From a virus (lineage: Duplodnaviria > Heunggongvirae > Uroviricota > Caudoviricetes), in IMG/VR virus record IMGVR_UViG_2778261222_000004, positions 1 through 36,061 of that record: 36,061 nt of DNA; one strand, given 5' to 3'. A model generated the notes under the pieces. That model saw nothing but the letters and a program-made list of their open reading frames with translations. It ran no database searches and had not been told where the DNA came from. Made by a program: the position numbers and the translations under genes. Every line of letters begins with the position of its first letter. Position 1 is the first letter of the stretch. Below are positions 6,183 to 14,469 of this stretch, piece by piece.

Positions 6183-9005
6183 ATGACGGCAGAGTACATC
6201 AGGGACTGGCAACAACCGCGCCACGCAGTGGGGCGTGAAGGAACGGGGATCCCCGCTCCTGAATCCGCGCTTTCCTCCTGGCTGGATGCCTACCGGGTAG
6301 AGAACGAGCGCCGCCAGGAAATGGCTGATGCGGCGTTCTCCGCCACGCCGCTGGGCAACCTGATTAATAAAAGCCTGGACGCACAGGAAAAACAGGACAA
6401 AACCATCACACTGGCAGGAGACGCCAGAAAACAGGCACGCGGCGCAGTGGATGAAGCCATGACCTCGCTGCGCCTGCTGCCGTCCTATCTGCGCGATCCG
6501 CTTATTCGCCACCTCTCCTTCCTGCGCAAAAAACAGGAAGCCGATCGCCGGAAAGGCAAAAAGAGCTGGCAGGCTGAACGCTACGCGCGCGGAACCCTGC
6601 GCAAAATATTCGTACGTCTGGACCGCACCGACAGCCGTTGGCTGACACCGGGTTATCGGTCCCTTGCCGGACGTGAACGCCTGGACGATTTGCTTTACCT
6701 GCCGCAACTCAACAAACACCAGATACAGACGCTGGCCACCATGACGGCGGCGATGTTCAGCAGCACCTTCGAAAAACTCTGCGATGGTTTTGGCGCGACT
6801 GATGGCGAGCTGACCATGGATGTAACGCTGAAGGCGTATCAGATGCTGGCCCGCATGGCGTTACACTTGCACGCCATGCCTCCGCATTATGACGCACTGA
6901 CAACAGACAAAGACCGGAGGAACGAACCGGACACAGAACTGCTGCCGGGCGCAATCCTTCGCCTGACCTGTGCGGAATGGTGGAAACGCAAACTGTGGCT
7001 GTTACGTTGCGAGTGGAGAGAAGAACAACTCCGCGCCGCCTGTCTGGTTTCCAGAAAAACATCGCCCTATCTGAGCCAGGACGCGTTAAGCGAGTTTCGC
7101 GCACAGCGCGAGAAAACACGCGATTTCCTGAAAAGTTTCATGCTGGAAAACGAAGACGGGTTCACGATTGATCTCGAGACAGTGTATTACGCGGGAGTAA
7201 GTAACCCGGTTCACCGTAAGGCAGAAATGATGGCCACCATGAAGGGGCTGGAACTTCTGGCCGAAGCCCGTGGCGACAGAGCGGTGTTTCTGACCATCAC
7301 CTGCCCGTCAAAATACCACGCCACAACAGAGAACGGTCATCCGAATCCCAAATGGAATGGGGCCACCATGCGCGACTCCAGCGATTACCTGGTTAACACG
7401 TTTTTTGCGGCGGTCCGCAAGAAACTGAACCGCGACGGCCTGCGCTGGTATGGTATCCGCACGGTGGAGCCTCACCATGACGGCACCGTGCACTGGCATA
7501 TGATGGTCTTTGCTCATCCGGAAGAAATCGACACCATTGTGTCTCACACCCGCGATATTGCCATTCAGGAAGATCGTCACGAGCTGGGTGATGATATTAC
7601 CCCACGCTTTAAGGCGGAGTACGTCGACGGCTCAAAAGGCACGCCAACCAGCTACATCGCCACCTACATCGGAAAGAACCTGGACAGCCGCGCCGTAGAT
7701 GGCATCGACCCGAAAACGGGCAAGCCACGCGTTGACCACGAAACCGGAAAATCAATGGCCGAGAGCGTGGAACGCGCCATCGGCTGGGCGCGCCTTCACC
7801 GTGTCCGCCAGTTCCAGTTCTTTGGTATCCCCTCCCGTCAGGTGTGGCGTGAACTCCGCCGCCTTGCCAGCCAGATGGCACGCAACCCGGAAGGCCCGCA
7901 ACGGCTGAAGGATGACGCAATGGATGCGGTACTCGCTGCCGCTGATGCCGGATGTTTTGCCACCTACATAGAGAAACAGGGCGGCGTACTTGTTCCACGC
8001 AAAGACTACCTGATTCGCACAGCCTACGACCTCGCAGATGAGCTGAACGATTACGGCGAACAGAGCGTACAGATTTACGGGATCTGGTCACCACTCATCG
8101 GGGAATCCTCCCGTGTGTGCACGCATCCGGATAACTGGATGCTGGTAAGACGTAAACCGGAAGCGGAAGACAGCACCCGCGAAAATGGTTTTGACCTTCA
8201 GGGCGGCCCTGCCGCCCCTTGGACTCGTGGCAATAACTGTCCCCGTGTACAGGAAACAGGCAACAACGGGACAGAACAGCCGGAAGAACGGCCAGCACCG
8301 TGGCCGCAGATTCCTGACGGCGTTGAAGTGAATGAATGGATGCGCTCACTGAAACGGCACGAACGCCGGGCGCTGATGCGTTCGCTTCGTGACAAACAGG
8401 CAAAAAACAGCAGTGATGAAATGCAAAGCTGGACACAGAGCCGCAAACAGCAGCGGCCTTTGCCTGATAACCACGAATTACTCGCTAAAGAATGGCGGGA
8501 GTCTGCTGAATCTCTCGGCCTGCATATTGGTGAACAGCAGATGCAGCACCTGTTACGGGGCGGCAGTCTGTACGTTGACGGCAGCATCATTGCACCGCAG
8601 GGATTTGAAATTGTACGCAAACCGGATACCCGCCCGGACAGCCGAATCACGCAGCTCTGGCAGCGCCTGAGCCGTAATCACGGCGTAAGCAGCACGGAGA
8701 TCCGCCATAACCCGGCCGCCAGCTATCTGGAACAGCTGGGGGCATCAGACCCCGAAGCCGCCGCACGTCTGGCATCCACACTTCAGCAGGACCAGAACAC
8801 CATGAAAACCCCCGTTACCGTGCTTTCTGACATGCTGCGCGCCATCCGCGACGCAGAGCATGCACAGAGAATCAGTGAAACCACTGAACGCGCCCGCCGC
8901 AAAGCAGACCTGCTGCGGGGTGGCCTGACAAGTGGAAACAAAAAACAGACAGAAACGGGATTCACAAATCCCGTAAATGAGCAAAAAACGCGCCGCGATA
9001 TATGA
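6183..9005 (+). CDS. rolling-circle replication initiator endonuclease (P2 A / phiX174 gpA family, HUH superfamily)
   Basis: 940-aa ORF; HUH-type motif HWHMMVF and paired catalytic tyrosines YIATYIGK; position after the early operon as in P2; long hydrophilic C-terminal extension. Confidence 0.9.
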   Translation: MTAEYIRDWQQPRHAVGREGTGIPAPESALSSWLDAYRVENERRQEMADAAFSATPLGNLINKSLDAQEKQDKTITLAGDARKQARGAVDEAMTSLRLLPSYLRDPLIRHLSFLRKKQEADRRKGKKSWQAERYARGTLRKIFVRLDRTDSRWLTPGYRSLAGRERLDDLLYLPQLNKHQIQTLATMTAAMFSSTFEKLCDGFGATDGELTMDVTLKAYQMLARMALHLHAMPPHYDALTTDKDRRNEPDTELLPGAILRLTCAEWWKRKLWLLRCEWREEQLRAACLVSRKTSPYLSQDALSEFRAQREKTRDFLKSFMLENEDGFTIDLETVYYAGVSNPVHRKAEMMATMKGLELLAEARGDRAVFLTITCPSKYHATTENGHPNPKWNGATMRDSSDYLVNTFFAAVRKKLNRDGLRWYGIRTVEPHHDGTVHWHMMVFAHPEEIDTIVSHTRDIAIQEDRHELGDDITPRFKAEYVDGSKGTPTSYIATYIGKNLDSRAVDGIDPKTGKPRVDHETGKSMAESVERAIGWARLHRVRQFQFFGIPSRQVWRELRRLASQMARNPEGPQRLKDDAMDAVLAAADAGCFATYIEKQGGVLVPRKDYLIRTAYDLADELNDYGEQSVQIYGIWSPLIGESSRVCTHPDNWMLVRRKPEAEDSTRENGFDLQGGPAAPWTRGNNCPRVQETGNNGTEQPEERPAPWPQIPDGVEVNEWMRSLKRHERRALMRSLRDKQAKNSSDEMQSWTQSRKQQRPLPDNHELLAKEWRESAESLGLHIGEQQMQHLLRGGSLYVDGSIIAPQGFEIVRKPDTRPDSRITQLWQRLSRNHGVSSTEIRHNPAASYLEQLGASDPEAAARLASTLQQDQNTMKTPVTVLSDMLRAIRDAEHAQRISETTERARRKADLLRGGLTSGNKKQTETGFTNPVNEQKTRRDI
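8953..8977. repeat. 25-bp palindromic element, copy 1 (AAACGGGATTCACAAATCCCGTAAA)
   Basis: Inverted repeat ACGGGATT / AATCCCGT inside the last codons of the A-type ORF; matches copy 2 at 23 of 25 positions. Confidence 0.6.
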
Positions 9006-9025
9006 AGCGCGCATAAAACAGGCAA

Positions 9026-9050
9026 AAACGGGATTTAAAAATCCCGTAAA
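9026..9050. repeat. 25-bp palindromic element, copy 2 (AAACGGGATTTAAAAATCCCGTAAA)
   Basis: Perfect 9-bp inverted repeat ACGGGATTT / AAATCCCGT with 2-bp spacer, 73 bp downstream of copy 1 and about 30 bp upstream of parM. Confidence 0.6.
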
Positions 9051-9081
9051 CGATTAATTAATCAACATAAGGAAAAGCGAC

Positions 9082-10041
9082 ATGAAAATTTGTATCGACG
9101 ACGGCTCCACCAACATCAAGCTGGCATGGACTGAGAACGGCGAACGCCGCAACGCCATCAGCCCGAACAGCTTCAAGTCGGAATGGTCTGCGCCGTTCGG
9201 TGGCACGCAGCCCGCGAACTACATGCTTGATGGTGTGCGCTATGGTTTTGATCCGGTCAGCGATCGCTTTGTCCAGACGACCGACACGCAATACCAGTAC
9301 AGCGATGTGAATGTCATTGCCATTCATCACGCGCTGGTCAAATCAGGCATCACGCCACAGGAGGTGGATGTGGTTGTCACCCTGCCACTGAGCGAGTATT
9401 TCGACACAAACGCACAGCCGGACATGGCCAACATCAACCGCAAAAAAGCGAACGTTATGCGCCCGGTGGAGTACCAGAACGGCGAAGCATTCACTATCCG
9501 TAACGTGCGGGTTATGCCTGAATCCATTCCGGCTGGCTTTAAAGCACTGGCCGACATGAGTCCGTTTGAATCCCTGCTGATTGTGGATTTGGGCGGAACC
9601 ACGCTGGATGTGGCAAAGGTTCAGGGGCAGCTGGCAGGTATCAGCCAGGTGTTTTGCGATCCACACGTAGGCGTTTCTCTGATGGCCGATGCCGTGCTGT
9701 CGGTGATGGCCACCAACGGTATGCGCACCAGTCACCACATCGCCAATACCATTATCGAACATCGCCACGATGAAGCCTGGCTGCGCCAGCACATCCACAA
9801 TGACGCGCATTACGCCAGCCTGATGGCAGTTATTCGTGAAAAGGAAGAAACACTGAAACAACGCGTGATCCGCGCGCTGGCGGGTTTTTCGGGTTACGGG
9901 CGGGTGATGGTTGTAGGTGGAGGAGCGGAGATTGTGGCACCCGCTATCTGCGAAGCCTGCGGAGTTAATGCGACTTTCATCGCGGACGGGGTGCCACAGT
10001 TTGCTCTGGTTAATGGGCTGTACGCAATGGACCAGGAGTAA
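9082..10041 (+). CDS. parM: actin-like plasmid segregation ATPase ParM (StbA family)
   Basis: 319 aa; N-terminal phosphate-1 block ICIDDGSTNIKLAW, DVNVIAIHHAL, VMPESIPAG, LLIVDLGGTTLD and MVVGGGAE blocks align by eye along the whole length with plasmid R1 ParM. Confidence 0.9.
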   Translation: MKICIDDGSTNIKLAWTENGERRNAISPNSFKSEWSAPFGGTQPANYMLDGVRYGFDPVSDRFVQTTDTQYQYSDVNVIAIHHALVKSGITPQEVDVVVTLPLSEYFDTNAQPDMANINRKKANVMRPVEYQNGEAFTIRNVRVMPESIPAGFKALADMSPFESLLIVDLGGTTLDVAKVQGQLAGISQVFCDPHVGVSLMADAVLSVMATNGMRTSHHIANTIIEHRHDEAWLRQHIHNDAHYASLMAVIREKEETLKQRVIRALAGFSGYGRVMVVGGGAEIVAPAICEACGVNATFIADGVPQFALVNGLYAMDQE

Positions 10042-10045
10042 ATCA

Positions 10046-10360
10046 ATGACGACACCAACCAGACGGATAAGTTTCTATCTGAAGCCCACCGTCGTCAAGA
10101 GCGAACGGGAGGCGTGCAGTTACCTCGACAGCCTGCCAGCCTCCGAACGCAGCCGCGCACAACGCGCGGCTTTTCTGGCCGGACTGGCTCTTATAAAACG
10201 CACCCCCGCGTTGGCGTATTCGCTGGCAGAATGGTCAGAAGACGAAATACGGATGCCACCGCTACCAGTACAGCCTGAAAAACCGGCGCAACCAGCAGCA
10301 GACAGCGCCCCCCATATGCAGCAGGTGAAAAAGAATATTCAGGCGTTTTTCCCGAAGTGA
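10046..10360 (+). CDS. parR: ParR-like centromere-binding adaptor (ribbon-helix-helix)
   Basis: ATG 10046 with AGGAG about 7 nt upstream, 4 nt after the parM stop; N-terminal block ISFYLKPTVVKSEREACSYLDSLPASERSRAQRAAFLAGLAL resembles R1 ParR; the ORF-track start 9917 lies inside parM and is rejected. Confidence 0.7.
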   Translation: MTTPTRRISFYLKPTVVKSEREACSYLDSLPASERSRAQRAAFLAGLALIKRTPALAYSLAEWSEDEIRMPPLPVQPEKPAQPAADSAPHMQQVKKNIQAFFPK

Positions 10361-10374
10361 AAACAGGAGTAACT

Positions 10375-10662
10375 ATGTCCACCATTACCAAAGAATGGTT
10401 ACAACGTAAAATCACAGAGTTTAAATCGTGGCGCGAAGACATCCCGTTCGGTCTTGATGAAGACGATCACAATATGTTAACCGCACTGGAAATCGCACTT
10501 GCATCACTGGAAGCAGAGCCAGTGGCATGGATACACGCAAATAATCCTATTGGAATACCGGCGATAACAAGAAGTAAAGATGTTGCAGACAGCTGGCGCT
10601 CTAAGGGATGGAATGTATTGCCTCTTTATTCACTGACCCGCTCCATCAATTTATGCCATTAA
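10375..10662 (+). CDS. hypothetical protein (cargo gene)
   Basis: 95 aa from ATG 10375 with AGGAG 5 nt upstream; lower GC than the flanking core genes by eye; no recognisable motif. Confidence 0.45.
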   Translation: MSTITKEWLQRKITEFKSWREDIPFGLDEDDHNMLTALEIALASLEAEPVAWIHANNPIGIPAITRSKDVADSWRSKGWNVLPLYSLTRSINLCH

Positions 10663-10673
10663 TGGAAGTAATC

Positions 10674-11033
10674 ATGATGAAAGATAATTCCGGAAGCCAG
10701 CGTGCATCAGTTGCAGTTATGGTGATGATTAAATTTGTGAAACAGTACACCGGAAAGCCAATCTCGCTCCGGCAATTAAGCAAAGAAACCGTTTCACTGT
10801 CATATCTGGAGCAAATATTCAGATATTTACGGGAAAGTAGCCTGGTAAAAGCCACACGCGGCCCGGGTGGTGGATATATCCCAACAAAAGAAAATTACAG
10901 TGTTGGTGATATTGTCCGGGCAATGAAATGTTCCGGATTATATACACAGCACGTTATTCTGGCTGCACTGGATAATATTTCTTTAACCAGCCTGCAGGAA
11001 GACACAAATTATCAGTTGTCTGCCATTGAATAA
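10674..11033 (+). CDS. Rrf2/IscR-family-like winged-helix regulator (short form)
   Basis: Signature blocks ISLRQLSKETVSLSYLEQIF and RGPGGGY typical of Rrf2-family regulators; ATG 10674 preceded by GGAAG; the ORF-track start 10608 overlaps the upstream gene. Confidence 0.6.
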   Translation: MMKDNSGSQRASVAVMVMIKFVKQYTGKPISLRQLSKETVSLSYLEQIFRYLRESSLVKATRGPGGGYIPTKENYSVGDIVRAMKCSGLYTQHVILAALDNISLTSLQEDTNYQLSAIE

Positions 11034-11038
11034 GAAAA

Positions 11039-11079
11039 CCCGGAACGGGTGCGCAAATTCTTTGTGCGCCCGTTCCGGG
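11039..11079. terminator. bidirectional GC-rich hairpin terminator between convergent genes
   Basis: Inverted repeat CCGGAACGGGTGCGCA / TGCGCCCGTTCCGG with AAATTCTTT loop, between the Rrf2-like gene (plus) and the ogr-like gene (minus). Confidence 0.6.
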
Positions 11080-11101
11080 TTGGACAAGCGAAGCGCGTCA
11101 G

Positions 11102-11359
11102 CTATCCGGCCTGCAACAACTCCAGAGCCATTTGTTTTTCTTCCGGACGCATCCGCTCAATCAACAGCTTTAACACACCATTCTCCAGCCCGCTGGGCAC
11201 CAGTGTGTGCGAGTAGGTCAGATTCATCACCCAGGTATGCCCGCACTCAAGACGGGTGCAACGGTAATACACATCAGCAAACTGATCGGTTTTCCAGGCT
11301 GTTTTCTCAATCACTGCATGTGCACCGCAGCAATGACATCGCGCTTTCTGTCTGCGCAT
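11102..11359 (-). CDS. ogr: Ogr/Delta-family zinc-finger late transcription activator
   Basis: ATG 11359..11357 preceded by GGAGG; 86 aa with C-X2-C ... C-X4-C spacing (CHCC ... CTRLEC) typical of P2 Ogr / P4 Delta; the ORF-track start 11428 is an upstream extension. Confidence 0.75.
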   Translation of the reverse strand: MRRQKARCHCCGAHAVIEKTAWKTDQFADVYYRCTRLECGHTWVMNLTYSHTLVPSGLENGVLKLLIERMRPEEKQMALELLQAG

Positions 11360-11424
11360 TTTCCACCTCCCGGAACAGCGTTTTACTGCCACCGATTTTA
11401 CCCGCTCTTTCCCCATACCGCACA

Positions 11425-12459
11425 TCACTCCATGGGTTCATCAAAATCAAGAATAAATTTCACCTCCCCCAGTCGTCTGATATCCGGGTCGCTGTTGATC
11501 CCCTCCATAATCAGGCGGCGCATCGGGATAACCTCATCCCTGTAATATGCCTCGCGGGATTTCAGTGGGTCACCAAGCCCGGCCGTATTTGCGGGAATGA
11601 TGCCGGCAAGTCCGGGTGGGAAACGGTGCGCAACGAGCTGATCCTGGGCACTGATGGTTTTTATATTCAGGAACTCATCTTTTGTACCTGAATCCCCGAT
11701 AGGGATCACCTTAACGCCTTCTTTGTCTCCGCCCGGTATATTGATAAACATGGATTTAAAATTGCCCGCCCCTTTTGACGCCTCTATCTTTTTACGGAAT
11801 TCCGCCTCGAGCTCGGGATCCATGTCCGGGTCAGTGGAATACAGGATATAACCAAGATGTGCGCCGTTCTTGTAATACTTGCGGCGAAAGCGGGTGGCAT
11901 CCACATTCAGCATGGCGGATTCCATCCCGTGAATATAATCCGGGACACCGTAAACCTGCTGTTGCGGATCATAAATGGCCACGAACACCACTTCGCCTGG
12001 CGGGTAAACGAGATCTTCCAGTGCCGCCTGCACAATCACCGTGCCACCCTCGTTGTTACGCCGCAGGTACAGAGAAGGTAACGTATGCAGGCGCACCACT
12101 CGACCGAAGCCATTCCGCACTTTAAGCAACCCCATATCCCCGAATATCAGCAGATTGGTTACTGCTGCCGCCATGGCGGCGTGTGTCATACCACCACCAC
12201 CCCGAAAACCCTGCATGATCATATTGACGCGCGCACGCAATACCGCGCCGTGATACGGTGCGATATTGGACAACATGGCGAGATCCATGCGCTCAATGGG
12301 CGGCGTGTACCAGCCATTATAGCCATCCCAGAGCGAGCCGTAATAACAGCCCCATGCAGCGACCGGTTCCGGGTCACCAAATTCAATAAAAGTCATTTTG
12401 CTGGCTGTTTTTTTTGCCACGCCATCGTGTAACACGGGGTATTTTTTCTTTTTACTCAT
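11425..12459 (-). CDS. portal protein (P2 gpQ-like)
   Basis: 344 aa; conserved blocks RRKYYKNGAHLGYILY and GNFKSMFINIPGG seen in P2-type portals; start overlaps the terminase stop as in the P2 P-Q operon. Confidence 0.9.
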   Translation of the reverse strand: MSKKKKYPVLHDGVAKKTASKMTFIEFGDPEPVAAWGCYYGSLWDGYNGWYTPPIERMDLAMLSNIAPYHGAVLRARVNMIMQGFRGGGGMTHAAMAAAVTNLLIFGDMGLLKVRNGFGRVVRLHTLPSLYLRRNNEGGTVIVQAALEDLVYPPGEVVFVAIYDPQQQVYGVPDYIHGMESAMLNVDATRFRRKYYKNGAHLGYILYSTDPDMDPELEAEFRKKIEASKGAGNFKSMFINIPGGDKEGVKVIPIGDSGTKDEFLNIKTISAQDQLVAHRFPPGLAGIIPANTAGLGDPLKSREAYYRDEVIPMRRLIMEGINSDPDIRRLGEVKFILDFDEPME

Positions 12460-14239
12460 CTGACAGGATCCATGTTGATTTGCGCTTGTGCTTATAGTTC
12501 AGGGGTTCATTACTTGCGGCATGAGCTATGGCAAAGAAGATGTCAGCGTGCCCGGTTTCTTCGCTACGTTCGGCGGTGAAAGTGACTTTATTGCCGCTGT
12601 TGGTGGATTCCTGACGAATGGCCAGGAACGATGCCGGAATATCCGTGGCTTCTTCATCCCACTCAATACGGTTGGCGTAAATCAGATCCAGCATCTTCAT
12701 CACCAGGCGGTTTTTGGATTCCACGCTGTAATGAATGGCCACTGTTTCACGGCGGGCAAACCCCTGAACCAGCTCAAAGACACCGTAGCCAAGACCGGTG
12801 ACGTCAATGCCGATAAATGTCATGTTATAGCGCGCCTTAATGCTGCGGATACGCTCTGCCATAAACTGGAATGACATGCTGCGCCAGTGGTGTTTTTCCA
12901 GCACGCGGAATCGTTCTGCCGCAACCAGCGGCGGTGCCAGCACAACAAATGTGGCGTTATCGCCGGAGCGCGCAGGGTCAAAGCCGCCCCACACTTCACG
13001 GTTACCAAATGGCATGGGCTCTTCCGGGTGAAAATCCTCCCACGTACTGACATCAACACCACAACGCACAAGATCATCGAATTTAAAGACGCTCTCTTTG
13101 TCATCCACAAACACACACATAAACAGCATATTGAACGCTGTTTCGTTGTATCGCTCGCGCAGCTCGTTGATGTCAGCAAGGTTAAAGCCGCCAGCAATGG
13201 CATCTTCCAGCGTAACCACATAGCGCCACTGACCATCCGGACATTCACGCCCACCATCGCGCAGCTCATCAAAGGACGGAAACTCAACCCCTTTTCGTTT
13301 CGGATCGCCTTTGCGCCATTCATCGCCAGACCAGAACGGGTAACCCTGGTGTGTTTTGGATGACGGCGTGGAGAAATAGGTAATGCGCCAGTGTTTATGG
13401 GTGGCCATCCCTGATGCCACTTCATTGAGACGGCGAAAACCGGGGATCCACAGGTATTCATCAATATACAGGTGGCCGCTGTTTGACTGCGCTGTGTTAC
13501 TGTTGGTCGCCAGAAAATACAGTTCAGCCAGATTACTTAACTTAACCGGATTGCCTTTAATGGGAATGCCAAACTCTGTTTGTGCAATTTTTACAATATA
13601 AGTACGGAACACTTCGGCCTGACGTTTTGATGCCGATAAAAATATCTGTGTGTCGCCGGTTAATACTGCATCTTCAAATGCCTCAAACGCGAAGTAATAC
13701 GTCGCCCCAATCTGGCGGGATTTAAGCAGGTTGCGTACACGGCGGAATTTGTTTTCACGCAGATGCAACTGATAAGCAAACAACTTTTTCGTAAACGGCT
13801 CAAAACTTTCAGCAGTCAGTCCGGAAACGTCATTAGCTTTGCGGGGACGCTCTTTCTTGCCTGCACCTTTTTCTCCGCGTTCTTCTTTTCCATAACGGCC
13901 AGGTTGGGGAATGTCCACTCCCATTCGCGCAATCTCAGCCATTCGTTCCGTGTGCTTGTTTCTGACCGACATCAGTTTGACGTGATGACCAATCAGGCGA
14001 TCGAGCTCATCGTGTTCTTCCTGGGTCTTATGGTCACGTTCCGCCAGTACAGCGAGACGCCGGGCGATAACATCTTCCACGCCTTCCGTATTGAGCTGCA
14101 TGTACCACTCAAACTTTGTCGCCCAGTAATAAACAATTCGCGGGCTGTTCAGTCCGAGCTTCTTTTGTATTTCTTTTGGTGTGTGCCTTTTCAGATAGAG
14201 CGATTTTGCAGCAGCAATCACCTCGTCAGAATACGCCAT
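12452..14239 (-). CDS. terminase large (ATPase) subunit (P2 gpP-like)
   Basis: 595 aa, first gene of the leftward packaging operon, divergent from the capsid operon exactly as in P2. Confidence 0.9.
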   Translation of the reverse strand: MAYSDEVIAAAKSLYLKRHTPKEIQKKLGLNSPRIVYYWATKFEWYMQLNTEGVEDVIARRLAVLAERDHKTQEEHDELDRLIGHHVKLMSVRNKHTERMAEIARMGVDIPQPGRYGKEERGEKGAGKKERPRKANDVSGLTAESFEPFTKKLFAYQLHLRENKFRRVRNLLKSRQIGATYYFAFEAFEDAVLTGDTQIFLSASKRQAEVFRTYIVKIAQTEFGIPIKGNPVKLSNLAELYFLATNSNTAQSNSGHLYIDEYLWIPGFRRLNEVASGMATHKHWRITYFSTPSSKTHQGYPFWSGDEWRKGDPKRKGVEFPSFDELRDGGRECPDGQWRYVVTLEDAIAGGFNLADINELRERYNETAFNMLFMCVFVDDKESVFKFDDLVRCGVDVSTWEDFHPEEPMPFGNREVWGGFDPARSGDNATFVVLAPPLVAAERFRVLEKHHWRSMSFQFMAERIRSIKARYNMTFIGIDVTGLGYGVFELVQGFARRETVAIHYSVESKNRLVMKMLDLIYANRIEWDEEATDIPASFLAIRQESTNSGNKVTFTAERSEETGHADIFFAIAHAASNEPLNYKHKRKSTWILSDE

Positions 14240-14469
14240 AAAATACCTGTGATATTTGTTTTAACCAGTTTTCATCTTTTCCCGGTTCGTTCCGTAACGT
14301 TCCGTAATATCCCATTATTTGCTGCAGGCATTTTTTTAACGATTATCTGTTTTCGATATTTTTCGGATATATGCACATATCCGAAAGTACCGGAAATTAA
14401 TCAGATGACGACATTTTTATTTCTCCGTTAAATAACGCCAGTTTAATTTTTATCAGCGGATTAATTCAG
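14240..14469. promoter_or_regulatory. divergent late promoter region (terminase operon leftward, capsid operon rightward)
   Basis: 230-bp AT-rich spacer between divergent late operons; contains tandem 10-bp repeat CGTTCCGTAA x2 (14288-14307) and palindrome TTCGGATAT-N6-ATATCCGAA (14362-14385). Confidence 0.5.

Noticed and set aside
5658-6719. 353-aa minus-strand ORF antisense to the start of the replication gene
   Set aside because: Fully antisense to well-supported plus-strand genes (5811-6176 and the HUH initiator); typical spurious antisense ORF in GC-rich coding sequence. The same judgement applies to minus ORFs 9343-9861, 12820-13464 (plus-frame inside terminase), 16322-17167, 18219-18911, 22260-23213 and 26044-26946
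9917-10360. ORF-track start of the ParR-like gene at 9917, inside parM
   Set aside because: The upstream 43 codons overlap parM in another frame; a proper ATG with AGGAG lies at 10046, 4 nt after the parM stop, and the protein from that point matches ParR-like N-terminal features
14240-14469. Canonical Ogr-binding TGT-N12-ACA boxes in the late promoter region
   Set aside because: Each TGT in the region was checked and none has ACA 12 nt downstream; a different palindrome is present instead (reported as a finding)
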